DNA from: Folioceros fuciformis
Taxonomy: Eukaryota
DNA length: 64,000 bases
Direction: 5' to 3'
Assembly (NCBI GenBank): GCA_049999805.1
Contig: JBNGIO010006274.1
Span: 81,818 to 145,817, forward strand
Under the pieces are notes generated by a model that made no database searches, was not told the origin of the DNA, and saw only the letters and a program-made list of their open reading frames with translations. The position numbers and the translations under genes were made by a program. Positions 13,296 through 25,139 of the stretch are shown here, piece by piece (position 1 is the stretch's first letter; each line of letters begins with the position of its first letter).

Positions 13296-15498
13296 ATGAG
13301 CGGCATGGAGGTAACCATCGCAGCGTGCGCGGCAGACATCGACGGGCTAGTGGGGGCCTTTGCTGAGGTGCGCTGCTCTGCACTTCTCTTGTTGGTGGGA
13401 CGCCCAAGTTGGCCTGAATGCCTGCCTGCCTACCTGCCTGCTTGCCTGCCTGCCACAGCAGTATGAACCGGGATACAATTCATCCAGCTTTTTCGGCAAG
13501 AAATGCGCTGCTGCTTGCTCCTCTCGCGCTCCTTTTGTGACTTGAACCATGTTATTCCTCATCACTATCCGATCCTTGGTCATTCTCATTTCCCTCGCCC
13601 TAATGTACGTCTATCCCGCTTTTCACTTTCCTGCCCTGCTTTCCGCTCTTCTCATCCTCTTCTTCAATTCCGTCCTGCCTTTGTTTGTGTCTGCATTTCT
13701 CTTCCTCTTTGTTAACCCCCTCTTCTTTCTCTTCTCCTGTTTCATACTTCTTCTGGCCCTCGTGTCTTCCTACATCTGGTGACTGTTGCTTTATGAACGT
13801 GTCTGCGAATGACATGATCATTCTGGGTCCTTCGCTTTCCTGTTGCTGTCGTTGCCGCTTTTTCTCACCTCCAGCGACTGGACTGTGCATCGACACCCGC
13901 TAATTTCTTTAGTTTATCATCTGCTGGCTCTAGATTGAGGGGACCGAACTTCTTCAAATGAAGGAGCTATGGAGGGCTCGGAACTTCTCCTTCATCCATG
14001 ACGCCCGACCGAAGGATATACTGCCGTCGTTTTACATGCAATGCCTATACTCTGCTGCGCTGAGTAAGAGCAATTGAAAAGAAAGAGGAAACTTCTGGAA
14101 ATGTGGTTTTTCCATCCTGACTGACACCCTGGGGACTCATCAATACCCTCTCATGTCTGGCAGATCATGTTAGCAGCGGAGACGAGTCGTTTTTCGCCAA
14201 GGTGGGGTCTGTGTATGTTCTCTACATCCTGTATGAAACACAGCTGTTCCAACCACGCTTCAAAATCTATCTATCCTTGGGTAATTCATGACTCCAGGAC
14301 TCCAGATATGCATGTGGTTGCTATAATTCGATCGCCTCTTACTTTAGCCCGTGACAATACTTTGTCGGCAGTGCAGAGGACCTGGAAGCCATGCGCAACC
14401 TTTTGAAGCAGCTCAAGTTCAGAACTCTGGATATGGTCTTGAAGGTGGTGCACAAAATGTTTGCCAACAAGGTGTTCCTCTATGGATCAGTGGCCGTGGA
14501 TCAAAATCGAATTGCTGCTGCCGCTACCAGGCTAGCAGGTGATGTTGCTTCTCGGCTTGCTCGCACCCGCTCAAGGCATTTCTCGCATACCTACTCGAGT
14601 ATTATTACTTTGTCAGATTGCAAGGGAAGCAAAGGCATCATCCTCTCTGTGTGTGCGGGCCAGCTCAGTGTGGGTGTTGGGGTTTGTGCCTGTTTTCTGG
14701 ATGCAGGTTACTGGCTAACGCGTCTCTTCGCCAACATCTCCATGGAAACCTGGTAAGTTGGTATTAGCTGTCTCCTTCCTAGGTTTCCTAAATCGCTTAA
14801 AGGGAGCTCAGCCTAATTATTTCATTGCAGGATTTTGTCTCAGTTGTTGCTGGTTCGTGTTTCAGGTGGACGAACCTTCACTGAATACAGTTGTGCTACG
14901 AACAAAGTCCTACGTTGACGCTCGGCACGAAGTGTGCAGAGGTACTGCCGTTGTCTTTACTGAGTTCCCGTGAGTTAATTATTATGGTGGTCACTTCCTC
15001 ACTGGAGGTATGATGGATCGTCAGGAAACGGGGTTTTACTTGAAGAGGATAGAGAGGGCCTCAGGTCAACAAGTGAAGGATTTGGAGGTATTTTGAAACA
15101 AGAGGTGGACTCGTGGGTTCGGCAAAGGTCTGCAATAATCGAGGAGCAAGTGGTATGCACCCCCCAACCTTTGTTGTGCACGTGGCTGTGACCTTTTTCT
15201 TGTGATGTCTGTGAATTGATTTGTCCTGTTGTGCAGCGTGTGGAGCCAATGCTTGTGGATATCCTGGAGCGGGCAAGTCCAAGTTCAAGATTCAGTGGTA
15301 ATTGCTGCTGGCTTTTGGATTTAGTTTTTGTTTGGTCGTGTAAGCGTGCATTCCATGGTTGCTTCATGTGGGGTTGCAGCTGACGGAGGCCTCGATGGCG
15401 GTGGCTTCACAGGGTTCTTAGACGAGGAGGATGAGCTAGACGATGCAGAAGAAAGAGCGTACGCGGCCGAACTGAACCTACTTTTGGATGAAGTATGA
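13296..15498 (+). CDS. SNAPC1: snRNA-activating protein complex subunit 1 (SNAP43), multi-exon
   Basis: Exon 1 (13296-13367) reads MSGMEVTIAACAADIDGLVGAFAE. Exon 2 from 13934 reads IEGTELLQMKELWRARNFSFIHDARP..FYMQCLY, followed by KVGSVYVLYILYETQLFQPRFKIYLSL and VVHKMFANKVFLYGSV, matching the plant SNAP43 motif pattern. An acidic tail ends at TGA 15496-15498. Confidence 0.85.
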
Positions 15499-16069
15499 CA
15501 ATCGCGGTCACCACTCGTGATTATCTACCCCTGTTTATCCTACGTTGATTTGACTTATTTGACATAGACTTCTCTAGGCCCAAGCCAAGTTTGGAGCATG
15601 TGGGCATTGAGTGGGTTGAAAATTATTTTGGGCTTTTTGTGTTCACCGGAATTATAACCATCTTCCTGCCTACTCGGGTCATGGGTAAAAGACTCGACTG
15701 CCTGAAGAGACCGCGACCTTTCTGACTCTGACGAGGAGGTTCTGGAATGGGAAGAGAGAGTTTGGAGGGCCCGGCAAAATTTGCTTCGCGGTCACCAAGC
15801 TTGGCTGAAACACATTGCGGAATGGACATTAGAGGACGTTGCCTGGCATCCATCCCAATTCACGGGGGCTTGCATGGCTTGATAAGGAACAATGACATGA
15901 CGGTATGTCGTCTAGTTCCTTGAGATGGAAGGCCCTTCATTTCTGCCACTTGGCGTTGGACGAGGCTGCCAAAAGGCAGGCTAACACTCTAGCTTGAATC
16001 CCATCGCGACCGTTCAACACTTCCCGCACCTCCGAGCAGGGAGCCAATTCCGCAGCGGCAGCGAGACCC

Positions 16070-18238
16070 ATGGCTCTGGCGGCTGGTGTGCGGTCTCTGC
16101 GAAGCGGGAAAAATGCCATGGCCGCCTTCTGGAGAGTGACAGTATGTCGAAGCAGCTGCGTAGCAGCAGGAGGGGCAGCAACAGATCCGGCATCTGCAGC
16201 AGGAAGCGGCAGCGGCCGCGTCGCATCCGCTCCGCACGCTTTCTCTGGATTCCTTAACCGGGAGCTTGCGTTTGCAGCCATCACCACGGTGGTTGGCGCG
16301 GCTGCATTCGCGGCATGGCAGTTGAGGGTGCGCCTACCCAGCCTCCCCGTCCCACAGTTTGCTCGCTGAAATTGCAACTTGCTGGCTACCGACATTCGAC
16401 TGCCTTGCATGTCCGCAGACGCCACCCCAGCTCAGTTTGTCAGAGGCAGCAGAGCATACCGGTACGTTATAAAAATCTCCCGCGTTCAGCTGCATGGCAG
16501 GTGCCTCCCCCCGATCATGACTCGTGAAGCTGCTGGCTTGCGGCAGCTCTGAATCCGAGCGAGTGGAGGAACTTCAAGTTGGTGCACGTCGAAAGAGTCA
16601 GTCCTGATACTCGTCTTTACAGGTTAGTGGAGAGGATTCGAGGTCAAACCGTCGTCCAATCCACGACCAGAATGATGCAGCCAAAAATTGAATATTTACG
16701 CAGGTTCGAATTTGACCCGAATCAGAGGCTTGGTCTCAGTGTGGCATCATGCTTGCTCACCAGGTCAGAGCAGCTTGGCCTCAGTCTGGTTTTTGTCCAA
16801 TTTTTTGCCGGCGCGCTCCTCACTTTGTGGCGTGACCTCATATGGTGTTATTGTCAGAGCTCCAATCGGCGTCAGCAGGGATGGAAATCCTTCGTATGTC
16901 GTCCGTCCGTAAGTTTCTTAGCTCTTGCTGAGAGTAGTGATTGCTTCGCACGTAAAATCGTTACTCCTCCTGTACGTGATGATCTCTACACACTGGCAAT
17001 GTTCAGGTACACTCCAGTCTCGCCTCCAGATTCCCAGGGCTACTTTGATCTCATTGTGAAGGTGAGTTTGCATGAAATCAATAGTCATCCTCCGTACTGA
17101 GGAACAAGACTGATCATTTGTATGCAGACCTATCCTCAAGGTAAGATGAGTCAACACTTTGGCAGCCTTGAAAAGGGCAATACCTTGGAGGTGAAAGGGT
17201 GAGGCCAAACTTAGTGTTTTACCTGATTACAGCAGATCTCTAGTGACTTCTTGTTCACGCAGTTTCCTTGACAACCTGCTCTTCATTCAAAAGTGAAGGA
17301 TTTCAGCAACTATGCTGTCGGGATTTTTCTGTATGGCAGGCCTATCCCGAAGCTTCCCTACAGCCCCAACATGAAAAAGCAGATTGGCATGGTGAACATG
17401 ATGAAAATTCACTTGTCCTTGCCCAATGGCGTGATGGCGTAATGGGAGCATAATCCCCTTGCTTTCGATTTGCAGATCGCTGGCGGAACAGGGATCACCC
17501 CTATGAAGCAAATCATTGATGAGATTTTGAAGAATCCTGATGACAACACGCAGGTCCTTTATGTTGAAGACTTTGATCTGCGTTGCAACTGGTAACAGCT
17601 ATGCCATCATGGGGTTGCTTACATTTGGTGTTGTGCATTCCTCAGGTCTTCCTTCTTTACGGGAGTGTATCTCCAGATGACATCTTGTTGAAAGATGAGC
17701 TTGATCGTTTGGCCGCTATCCACCCCAACTTCAAGGTACGTTTAGGTTCTATGGAGGCATTTTAGTTTACGTCAACGCTGCATAATATTTTTTCATAAAC
17801 TCCTGAGCTCCTCGAGTTCTTTGAACAATGCAGGTTTACTACTACGTGGATAAGGCTGATGATAAGTGGATGGGAGGGAAGGGTTATTTCACATTGGATG
17901 CAATAAAAAAGGGCTTGCCACCTCCAGGAGACAATACACTCATCTTGGTACGTCTGATCGTCACCTATTGTGGCTACGTAAACTTGCGAGAGCGAGGAGC
18001 AGATCCATTGACTTTTGTTTTGGTTTGTAGGTTTGTGGCCCCCCGGGTATGATGAAGCACGTTTCTGGTGATAAGGGATCTAACAGATCACAAGGCAAGG
18101 TAATCTGGTGACAGTGATTCTGCACAGTGTGTCTGAAAGCGATATGTTTCAACTGCTGACTTTTGGCTCCGTTTTTTGTAGCTATCTGGCCTTTTAGCGG
18201 CAGCAGGTTATATCGAAGACCAGGTGTTCAAGTTCTGA
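16070..18238 (+). CDS. NADH-cytochrome b5 reductase (N-terminal targeting/anchor extension, probably mitochondrial type), multi-exon
   Basis: The spliced motifs VRPYTPVSPPDSQGYFDLIVK, YPQGKMSQHF, GMIAGGTGITPM, VCGPPGMMKHVSG and QVFKF* are the FNR-family FAD/NAD-binding motifs. Confidence 0.93.
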
Positions 18239-18389
18239 GTCGTGAATCATTACTTTTCTTTTCTTTTTTGCTGGAAAGGGCGTAGCCCGAGTTCCTCCTC
18301 CGAACGAGGAGACGGGGGTTAGAAATGGATCATGGGTCTTCTCCCGTCTCCTAAATATTTTGAAGTTTTAATGACAAAAGCAGCAAACG

Positions 18390-19113
18390 AGTAACAATGC
18401 TGGTTTGAGTGCCAAGCAAGGAAGCTCCATGCAGAGGCATGTTTAGTAAAGCAGGTTACTAAGAGTATGAGAAGCATACAACCTTAGGAATAAAGCAGGT
18501 TACTAAGAGTATGAGAAGCATACAACCNNNNNNNNNNACCTTAGGAATAAAGCAGGTTACTAAGAGTATGAGAAGCATACAACCCTAGGAAAAAGGTGTG
18601 GTAGTGAATAATAGCTTAAGGCTTAAGTAAGTAGTTGTTAAGTTAGTAACTTGAGTTTGTGTATAAAAGGGGACCTAAGCTAAGGGCTAAGGTAAGTTCA
18701 GTAGAGTGGAGTTGAGATCAATATCTCCTCAAACCTTGAGGGCACTGGGTGCTTGGGCTATGCCTTGAGAGCATGTGTTGCTTGGGCTATGCCTTGAGAG
18801 CATGTGTTGCTTGGGCTGTAAGAGCACATGAAAGGTGCTGTGAAAGAGCTGTGGGAGGAGGTCAAGAGAAGGGAGAGCTAAACTCCTAGCTTAGACAAAG
18901 ATAGGGAGTTCTCTCTAGCCCTCCACCTCTGTACGTTCTTGTTGATTCGTGATTTGAATAAAGAGCAGCAGCAAGGATGCTGGCTGCGAGTCCTCCTAGA
19001 AGAGGAAAGCGGGCTACTTGGAGGCCTAGTGTTGTGTCCGGTGTTTAAAACTGACTCTTGCTTTGGCTTCTAACTACGTGGTTCTGCCCCACCCCGTTGA
19101 AGGGGGTGTTACT
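18390..19113 (+). repeat. 5' LTR of gypsy element (AGTAACA...TGTTACT)
   Basis: Near-identical to 24037-24642. Contains a TATAAAA box, internal tandem duplications and a 10-N gap. Confidence 0.93.
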
Positions 19114-20875
19114 TGCTCGTTGGTATCAGAGCATAGGTTGAAGCATCCTTGACTAGTACGCTAGTTAACGATAGCAGATCCTGCTGAGCCAAGCAGAGCA
19201 GAGAGGGTACGCCGCAGGAAGGATAAGGCCCCGCTTACCGAAGCCGTTGTGGAAGAGCCACAGGCGGATCCTCAAGTCGTGAGAACGACGGAGGAAGGAA
19301 CTTCGGAGCAAAGGACCGGTACCACCATAGAGGACCAGCTCCAAAAAATCATGAGGAGACTTGATGCTCTAGATCAAGAGATCAAAGGCAAACGTAGGCT
19401 CATTGAAGAAGAGCCAGAAGAAGTGGAGCCAGAGCCTGAGATCAGTGCTCCTAAGAACGCAAAGAAGTTGAGATTGAGTGTTCCTACGCCTAAGAGTTAC
19501 AAAGGTGAGCGTGACGTAGAGAAAATCAAATCTTGGTTTTTCTCTTTGGAAGCATACTTGGAATCATGTGGAGTGCCGCAAGACGAGTACTTGAAGCGCG
19601 TCACGTACTTCTTGGACGAGTATGCTCTTACTTGGTGGAGGACTTACGTAAAGAACGTAAGGCAAGGCAATCATAGAGCAACAATCTTCACATGGGCAGA
19701 CTTCAAGGAAGCGCTGCAACTCCGTTTCCAACCAGCTAATGCTGCGAGTTTGGCGCGAAGGATGCTCGACAATGTCAAGCATACTGGAACTTTGTGGGAG
19801 TATGTGAGTGAATTCAGCTCTATTGTCTTGCAATGTCCTGAGATGCATGAGCAGGACAAACTCCACAAGTTTACTACTGGCCTTAAGAGATGGGCTCAAA
19901 ACAGGATTGCATTGACTAATCCTCATACTTGCAAAAGGCTATGGCAGCAGCAGATGCCATACCGGACGTGTTTGTCTAGGAGGCTCCAATCTTGAGGGGG
20001 AGATATCCTAGATCTCAGGGTAGATCTAGAGGCAGAGGACGAGCCACCACCACTGGGAACAGTGCAACTACTCAGACTACTGCCAGAAGTCGGGGTAGAG
20101 GTGATAACAGGAGTCTTGGAAGACGACGTGCAGCGCCTACCTCTGGTGTATGTTATAGTTGTGGAGAGCAGGGACATTTTGCTAGAAACTGTCCACATGC
20201 ACAAGCTCTCAATTTGAATCTAGTGGCTGCAAATCCACCTGCTCCTAGAGCCAGGATCCAAGAGCTCCCTGAAGAGTCTAGGTGACGCCAAGGGCCACAT
20301 GTTGTGAGGACATGTGGTGAGTCATCAAGTATCAAGGATGACATTATTTCTAAGGAGGGTGGAGACTTGATGTATATTTGTGGCAAGATCAATGGCTTGG
20401 ATATTGAGCTATTGTTAGATTCTGCAGCCACCCATAATTTTGTGACTCCACATAAGGCAAGAGAGCTTGGCCTTGATTGGACTGAAACTTCCACGCCACA
20501 TAGAATCAAGTAAGCTAAAAGAACTCTGCAATTTCTGGGTGAATTGCATGGAGTAAAGCTGCAAGTTGATGCGTGGCAAGGAAGTTTGAGTTTTACAGTC
20601 GTGGAGATGGATAACCATGATATCATCCTAGGTCTGGAGTGGTTGAGATCTAATGAAGTGCAAATGGATGTTAAGTCACGCACTATCGAGATATCCAAAA
20701 AGCACAAAGTGAGTTGTGCTAGCAGTAACCAGAGGCTTGAGAGCGTATCAGTACAGCTGATTACAAACAGAGAGCTCAAGAAAGACCTCAGGAAAAAGAA
20801 GGAGTTATACTTGCTTGTACTCCAAGGACTAGAGGATGGTCTGGAAGAAGATTCCATAGAGGAGAAGGACATCCC

Positions 20876-21168
20876 TGTTGAGTTATCGAGCTCTATATGA
20901 GCTAAACTCATGTGGTGTTAGTTATCCCAGTTGGGTTCATACTAGACTAGTTCTAGTTATTAGTGAACTTAGGATAGTGTAGATTATCCCATATTGAACC
21001 TGGAAGTTGTGTAGCCCTAAATGTACTACTTAAATGGAGACCTCGGACCTCCATAGTAAGACAGTGGTGATGTGTATTGTTTTCATGATTGTGATCACCA
21101 ATACCACCCTCTCTTCTCTCCTCTCCTCTCCTACACTTGCACGTAGATTGGAGTCGATCCTATTGACA
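20876..21168. mobile_element. Solo LTR (293 bp, TG...CA) inserted in gypsy pol
   Basis: Flanked by a perfect 5-bp TSD ATCCC (20871-75 and 21169-73). Removing it restores the reading frame [21 protein letters not shown]. Confidence 0.9.
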
Positions 21169-24036
21169 ATCCCAAAAGAAGTACAAGCTGTACTAGATGA
21201 GTTCAAGGACTTGATGCCAGATGAGTTGCCACCATTTTCGTCTCACAGAGTTGTGGATCATGAAATTGAGTTGAGGCCAGGGAGTACACCTCCTTCAAGA
21301 GCACCATATAGACTGCCACAAGACGAGTTGCAAGAACTCAAACGACAACTATCCAACCTATTGGCAAAGGGATATGTTAGAGTTTCTAAGTCTCCCTTTG
21401 GTGCGCCTGTGTTATTCACGCGCAAAAAGAATGGAGGACTTAGATTGTGTCTGGATTACAGAGCTTTGAACCAGATCACAATCAAGAATGCATATCCTTT
21501 GCCGAGAATGGACGATATGTTTGATAGGTTGAAGGGTGCCAAGTATTTTACCAAGCTAGACCTGATGGCAGGGTACTATCAGGTCAGGATTGCTGAGGGG
21601 CATGAGTACAAAACAGCATGTAGAACAAGGTATGGATCGTTTGAGTTCCTTGTCATGCTATTTGGACTTACTAACGCACCTGCCACATTTCAGACTCTTA
21701 TGAATACTATATTCATAGATCTGGTGGACAAGTGTGTTGTAATCTATCTGGATGACATTTTGATCTATAGTCATATCTTGGAGGAACATGTTGAACACTT
21801 GAGGAAAGTGTTATAGAGACTAAGAGAGAATTCTTTGTTCTTGGCAATCAAGAAGTGTGACTTTGTCAAGACAGAAATTTCATTCTTAGGTTTCATTGTC
21901 TCTGCCAAGGGCATCAAGATGGATCTTGATAAAGTTAAGGCCATTCAAGATTGGCAGCCCCCTCGAAATATTCATGAGGTGCGAAGTTTTATGGGTTTAG
22001 CTTCTGTGTATAGGAAGTTTGTACATATGTTTGCTAAGATAGCAGCTCCCATAACTGACCTCTTGAAGACAGCAAAAGCTTAGAAATGGGATGCTGAGTG
22101 TCAAGCAGCCTTTGAATGCTTGAAGAAGAAGTTGAGCACGACTCCGGTGTTGGGAATGTATGACCCCAAGAGAGATGTGGAAGTGTATTGTGATGCCTCA
22201 GATATGGCTATAGGTGGAGTTTTGATGCAGGACCAAAAGCCGTTAGCTTTTGAGTCAAGGAAGTTGCATCCTTATGAGAGGAAGTATCCCACCTATGAGA
22301 AGGAAATGACTGCTGTCATTCACTGTATGAAGGCTTGGAGACACTATCTCTTGGGTAGGTCTTTTGTGCTGTATACTGATAATATCAGCACGACGTACTT
22401 CTCAAACCAGTTGAAGTTGAATGCAAGGCAAGCTAGATGGCAAGATTTCCTAGCTATATATGACGTGACTCTAAGATATAAACCTGGAAAAGAGAATAAG
22501 GTTGCAGATGCGCTGAGCCGCAAGCAGAGTCAAGACGTGAAAGCAATGGCAACTATGATTGAACCTTTGGATGCTCACAAAGAGATAAAAGAAGCTTATC
22601 TGCAAGATCCTGAAGTGCAGGACTGGATGAATGGGGTGGCAGAGAAAGGAAGCAAGTTCAAACTCAGAGATGGTTTGTTGATATACAAACAGAAGAGAGT
22701 TGTGATCCCTAACTCTGTAGGCTTGAAGAGGAAATTTTTTGCTGAGTGTCATGATGTGCCAAGTGCTGGTCACCGTGGAGGTGATTCAACTTATGAGAAG
22801 TTGAAGAGACTGTTCTATTGGCAAGGAGTGTATCAAGATACATTGGATTATGTCAAGGCATGTGTTGTTTGTCAGTAGGATAAGGTTGAGCAGGCTAAGC
22901 CGAGAGGTTTATTACAGCCCCTACCTATCCCAAGAGGCCCATGGAAAAGTATTTCTATGGACTTCATCATGCCCTTGCCTCCCGGTAATGGATTTACAGC
23001 TATCATGACAGTGGTGGATAGATTCACCAGACAAGCACACTTCATCCCCGCCAAGAAGCGAGTGACCGCTTCTTAGGCAGCAAACTTGTTCAAAAAGTAT
23101 GTGTACAAGTATCATGGCTTGCCCATGCAGATTGTGAGCGATAGAGATCCAAGATTCGCAAGAGAGTTCTGGCAGCACTTGATGAAGAGTTTGAATGTGC
23201 AACTATGCATGAGTACTACATACCATCCAGATACTGATGGATTAACTGAGCGAGTCAACCGAATCCAAGAAGAATATTTGAGGCACTATGTGCAGATTGA
23301 TCAGAGAGATTGGGCTGATCATCTTGATGATGCGGAGTTTTGTTACAATAACACAGTACATAGCTCCCTGGGATGTAGTCCCTTTGAGATGAGTGGAAAT
23401 TCAGCTGTGGATGTGGTATCCATGCTAAATGCTGAAGTTTTCGACACTACCACTGGAGATCCACGCCAATTTGTTGAGCAATTGAAGGTTAGGCATGAGG
23501 TTGCCCAAAAGATATTAGCCAAGGCTCAAGCACGTCAAAAGAGATATGCTGATAAGCACAGGAGAGAAACTGTCTTCAATGTTGGGGATAAAGTTTGGGT
23601 GAAACTGAAGCATTTCACACTACCCCAAGGATTGTCTTTAAAGTTGAGACCAAAGTATGGAGGTCCATATGTTGTCTTGAAGCGCATTGGAGAAGTGGCT
23701 TACAAGTTGGACTTGCCTGATTGGATTTTTGCACACAATGTGTTTCATGTATCTATGTTGAAACCATTTGTGCTAGGCAAAGAGAAAGATGATATAGACA
23801 GGAAGAAGTACAGTATCATGGTGCAGCATGATCAAGGACTACGGGAGATTGAGGAATTCCTTGCATAAGGTAGCGTGGCTACGAGACGTAGAACTCTACC
23901 ACAGTATATGGTAAAGTTGCGTGGGATCTCAACACCAGTTTGGGTAACATTAGAGGATATCCAGAGAGGCTCCTGGATGATTGCTCGTTACACTGGTTAT
24001 CACTGAGGGCAGTGATTCTTTCCTAGTGGGGGAGGA

Positions 24037-24642
24037 AGTAACAATGCTAGTTTGAGTGCCAAGCAAGTAAGCTCCATGCAGAGGCATGTTTAGCAGAGCA
24101 GGTTACTATAAGCATGAGAAGCATGCAACCCTAGGAAACAGGTGTGGTAGTGAATAATAGCTTAAGGCTTAAGTAAGTGCTTAAGTAAGTAGTTGCTAAG
24201 TTAGTGACTTGAGCTTGTGTATAAAAGGGGACCTAGCTAAGGGCTAAGGCAAGTTCAGTACAGTGGAGTTGAGATTAATATTTCCTCAAAGCCTTGAGAG
24301 CACTCGGTGCTTGGGCTATGCCTTGAGACCATGTGTTGCTTGGGCTGTGAGAGCACATGAAAGGTGCTGTGAAGGAGTTGTGGGAGGAGGTCAAGAGAAG
24401 GGAGAGCTAAACTCCTAGCTTAGGCAAAGATGGGGAGTTCTCTCTAGCCCTCCAGCTCTGTATGTTCTTGTTGACTCGTGATTTGAATAAAGAGCAGCAG
24501 CAAGGGTGCTGGCTGCGAGTCCTCCTAGAAGAGGAGGGCGGGCTCCGTGGAGGCCTAGTGCTGTGTCCGGTGTTTAAAACTAACCCTTGCTTTGGCTTCT
24601 AACTGCGTGGTTTTGCCCCACCCCGTTGAAGGGGGTGTTACT
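24037..24642 (+). repeat. 3' LTR of gypsy element
   Basis: Follows the PPT AGTGGGGGAGGA; ends TGTTACT and is followed by the TSD copy AAACA. Confidence 0.93.
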
Positions 24643-25139
24643 AAACAGGTCCAAGTCATCGGGGAACAGGTTAGTTTCTCTCATAGGGGTCATCGATTCG
24701 GAATAACATATACGAATACAAAAACATGCCTAATGGCATACAGAATGAACCCTCTTCAATGGATTGAACATGATCGTGAGCTGTTGAACATGTCTGTCAA
24801 TTTCAGCATAGTGAGGAATGTGTGGACATGTGTGGAATGGATAGTGAGGAATGCATGGAGCAAGTGCAAACGAGTGCCCATAATGAAATTGCACGGCCAC
24901 TATGGAGATTCATTGGAGAGCTATTCAAAGAGCATATATGTGCTGAACATGGACAGTGTGGAGTGGATCTTGCACCCAAGAACCACCAAGGGCCACACTT
25001 CCCCCTTATTATCGTCGTAGTACTAGGATTCGCTCCCAAGGAAGTGAACCGGTGTCAAGGTTTTCTACAATCTCCCCCACTCTGCCCTAATTTGAGCCTA
25101 CCTATCAGCCGGCTCCTAGACCTAACCACACTACAGCAA

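Larger units (their letters stand above)
18390..24642 (+). mobile_element. Ty3/gypsy LTR retrotransposon (chromovirus-like), full-length but decayed
   Basis: LTRs at 18390-19113 and 24037-24642. PBS TGGTATCAGAGC (tRNA-iMet) at 19121 and PPT at 24025-24036. Coding parts: gag with CCHC knuckle (CYSCGEQGHFARNCP), protease [21 protein letters not shown], RNase H CDASD, integrase HDVPSAGHRGG/IVSDRDPRF and a chromodomain-like tail. Several in-frame stops. TSD AAACG/AAACA. Confidence 0.96.

Noticed and set aside
18445-18590. Internal repeat expansion in the 5' LTR, and similar duplications flanking N gaps at ~27500, 35645, 36085 and 41580
   Set aside because: The duplicated sequence straddles 10-N scaffold gaps, so copy numbers may be assembly artifacts.
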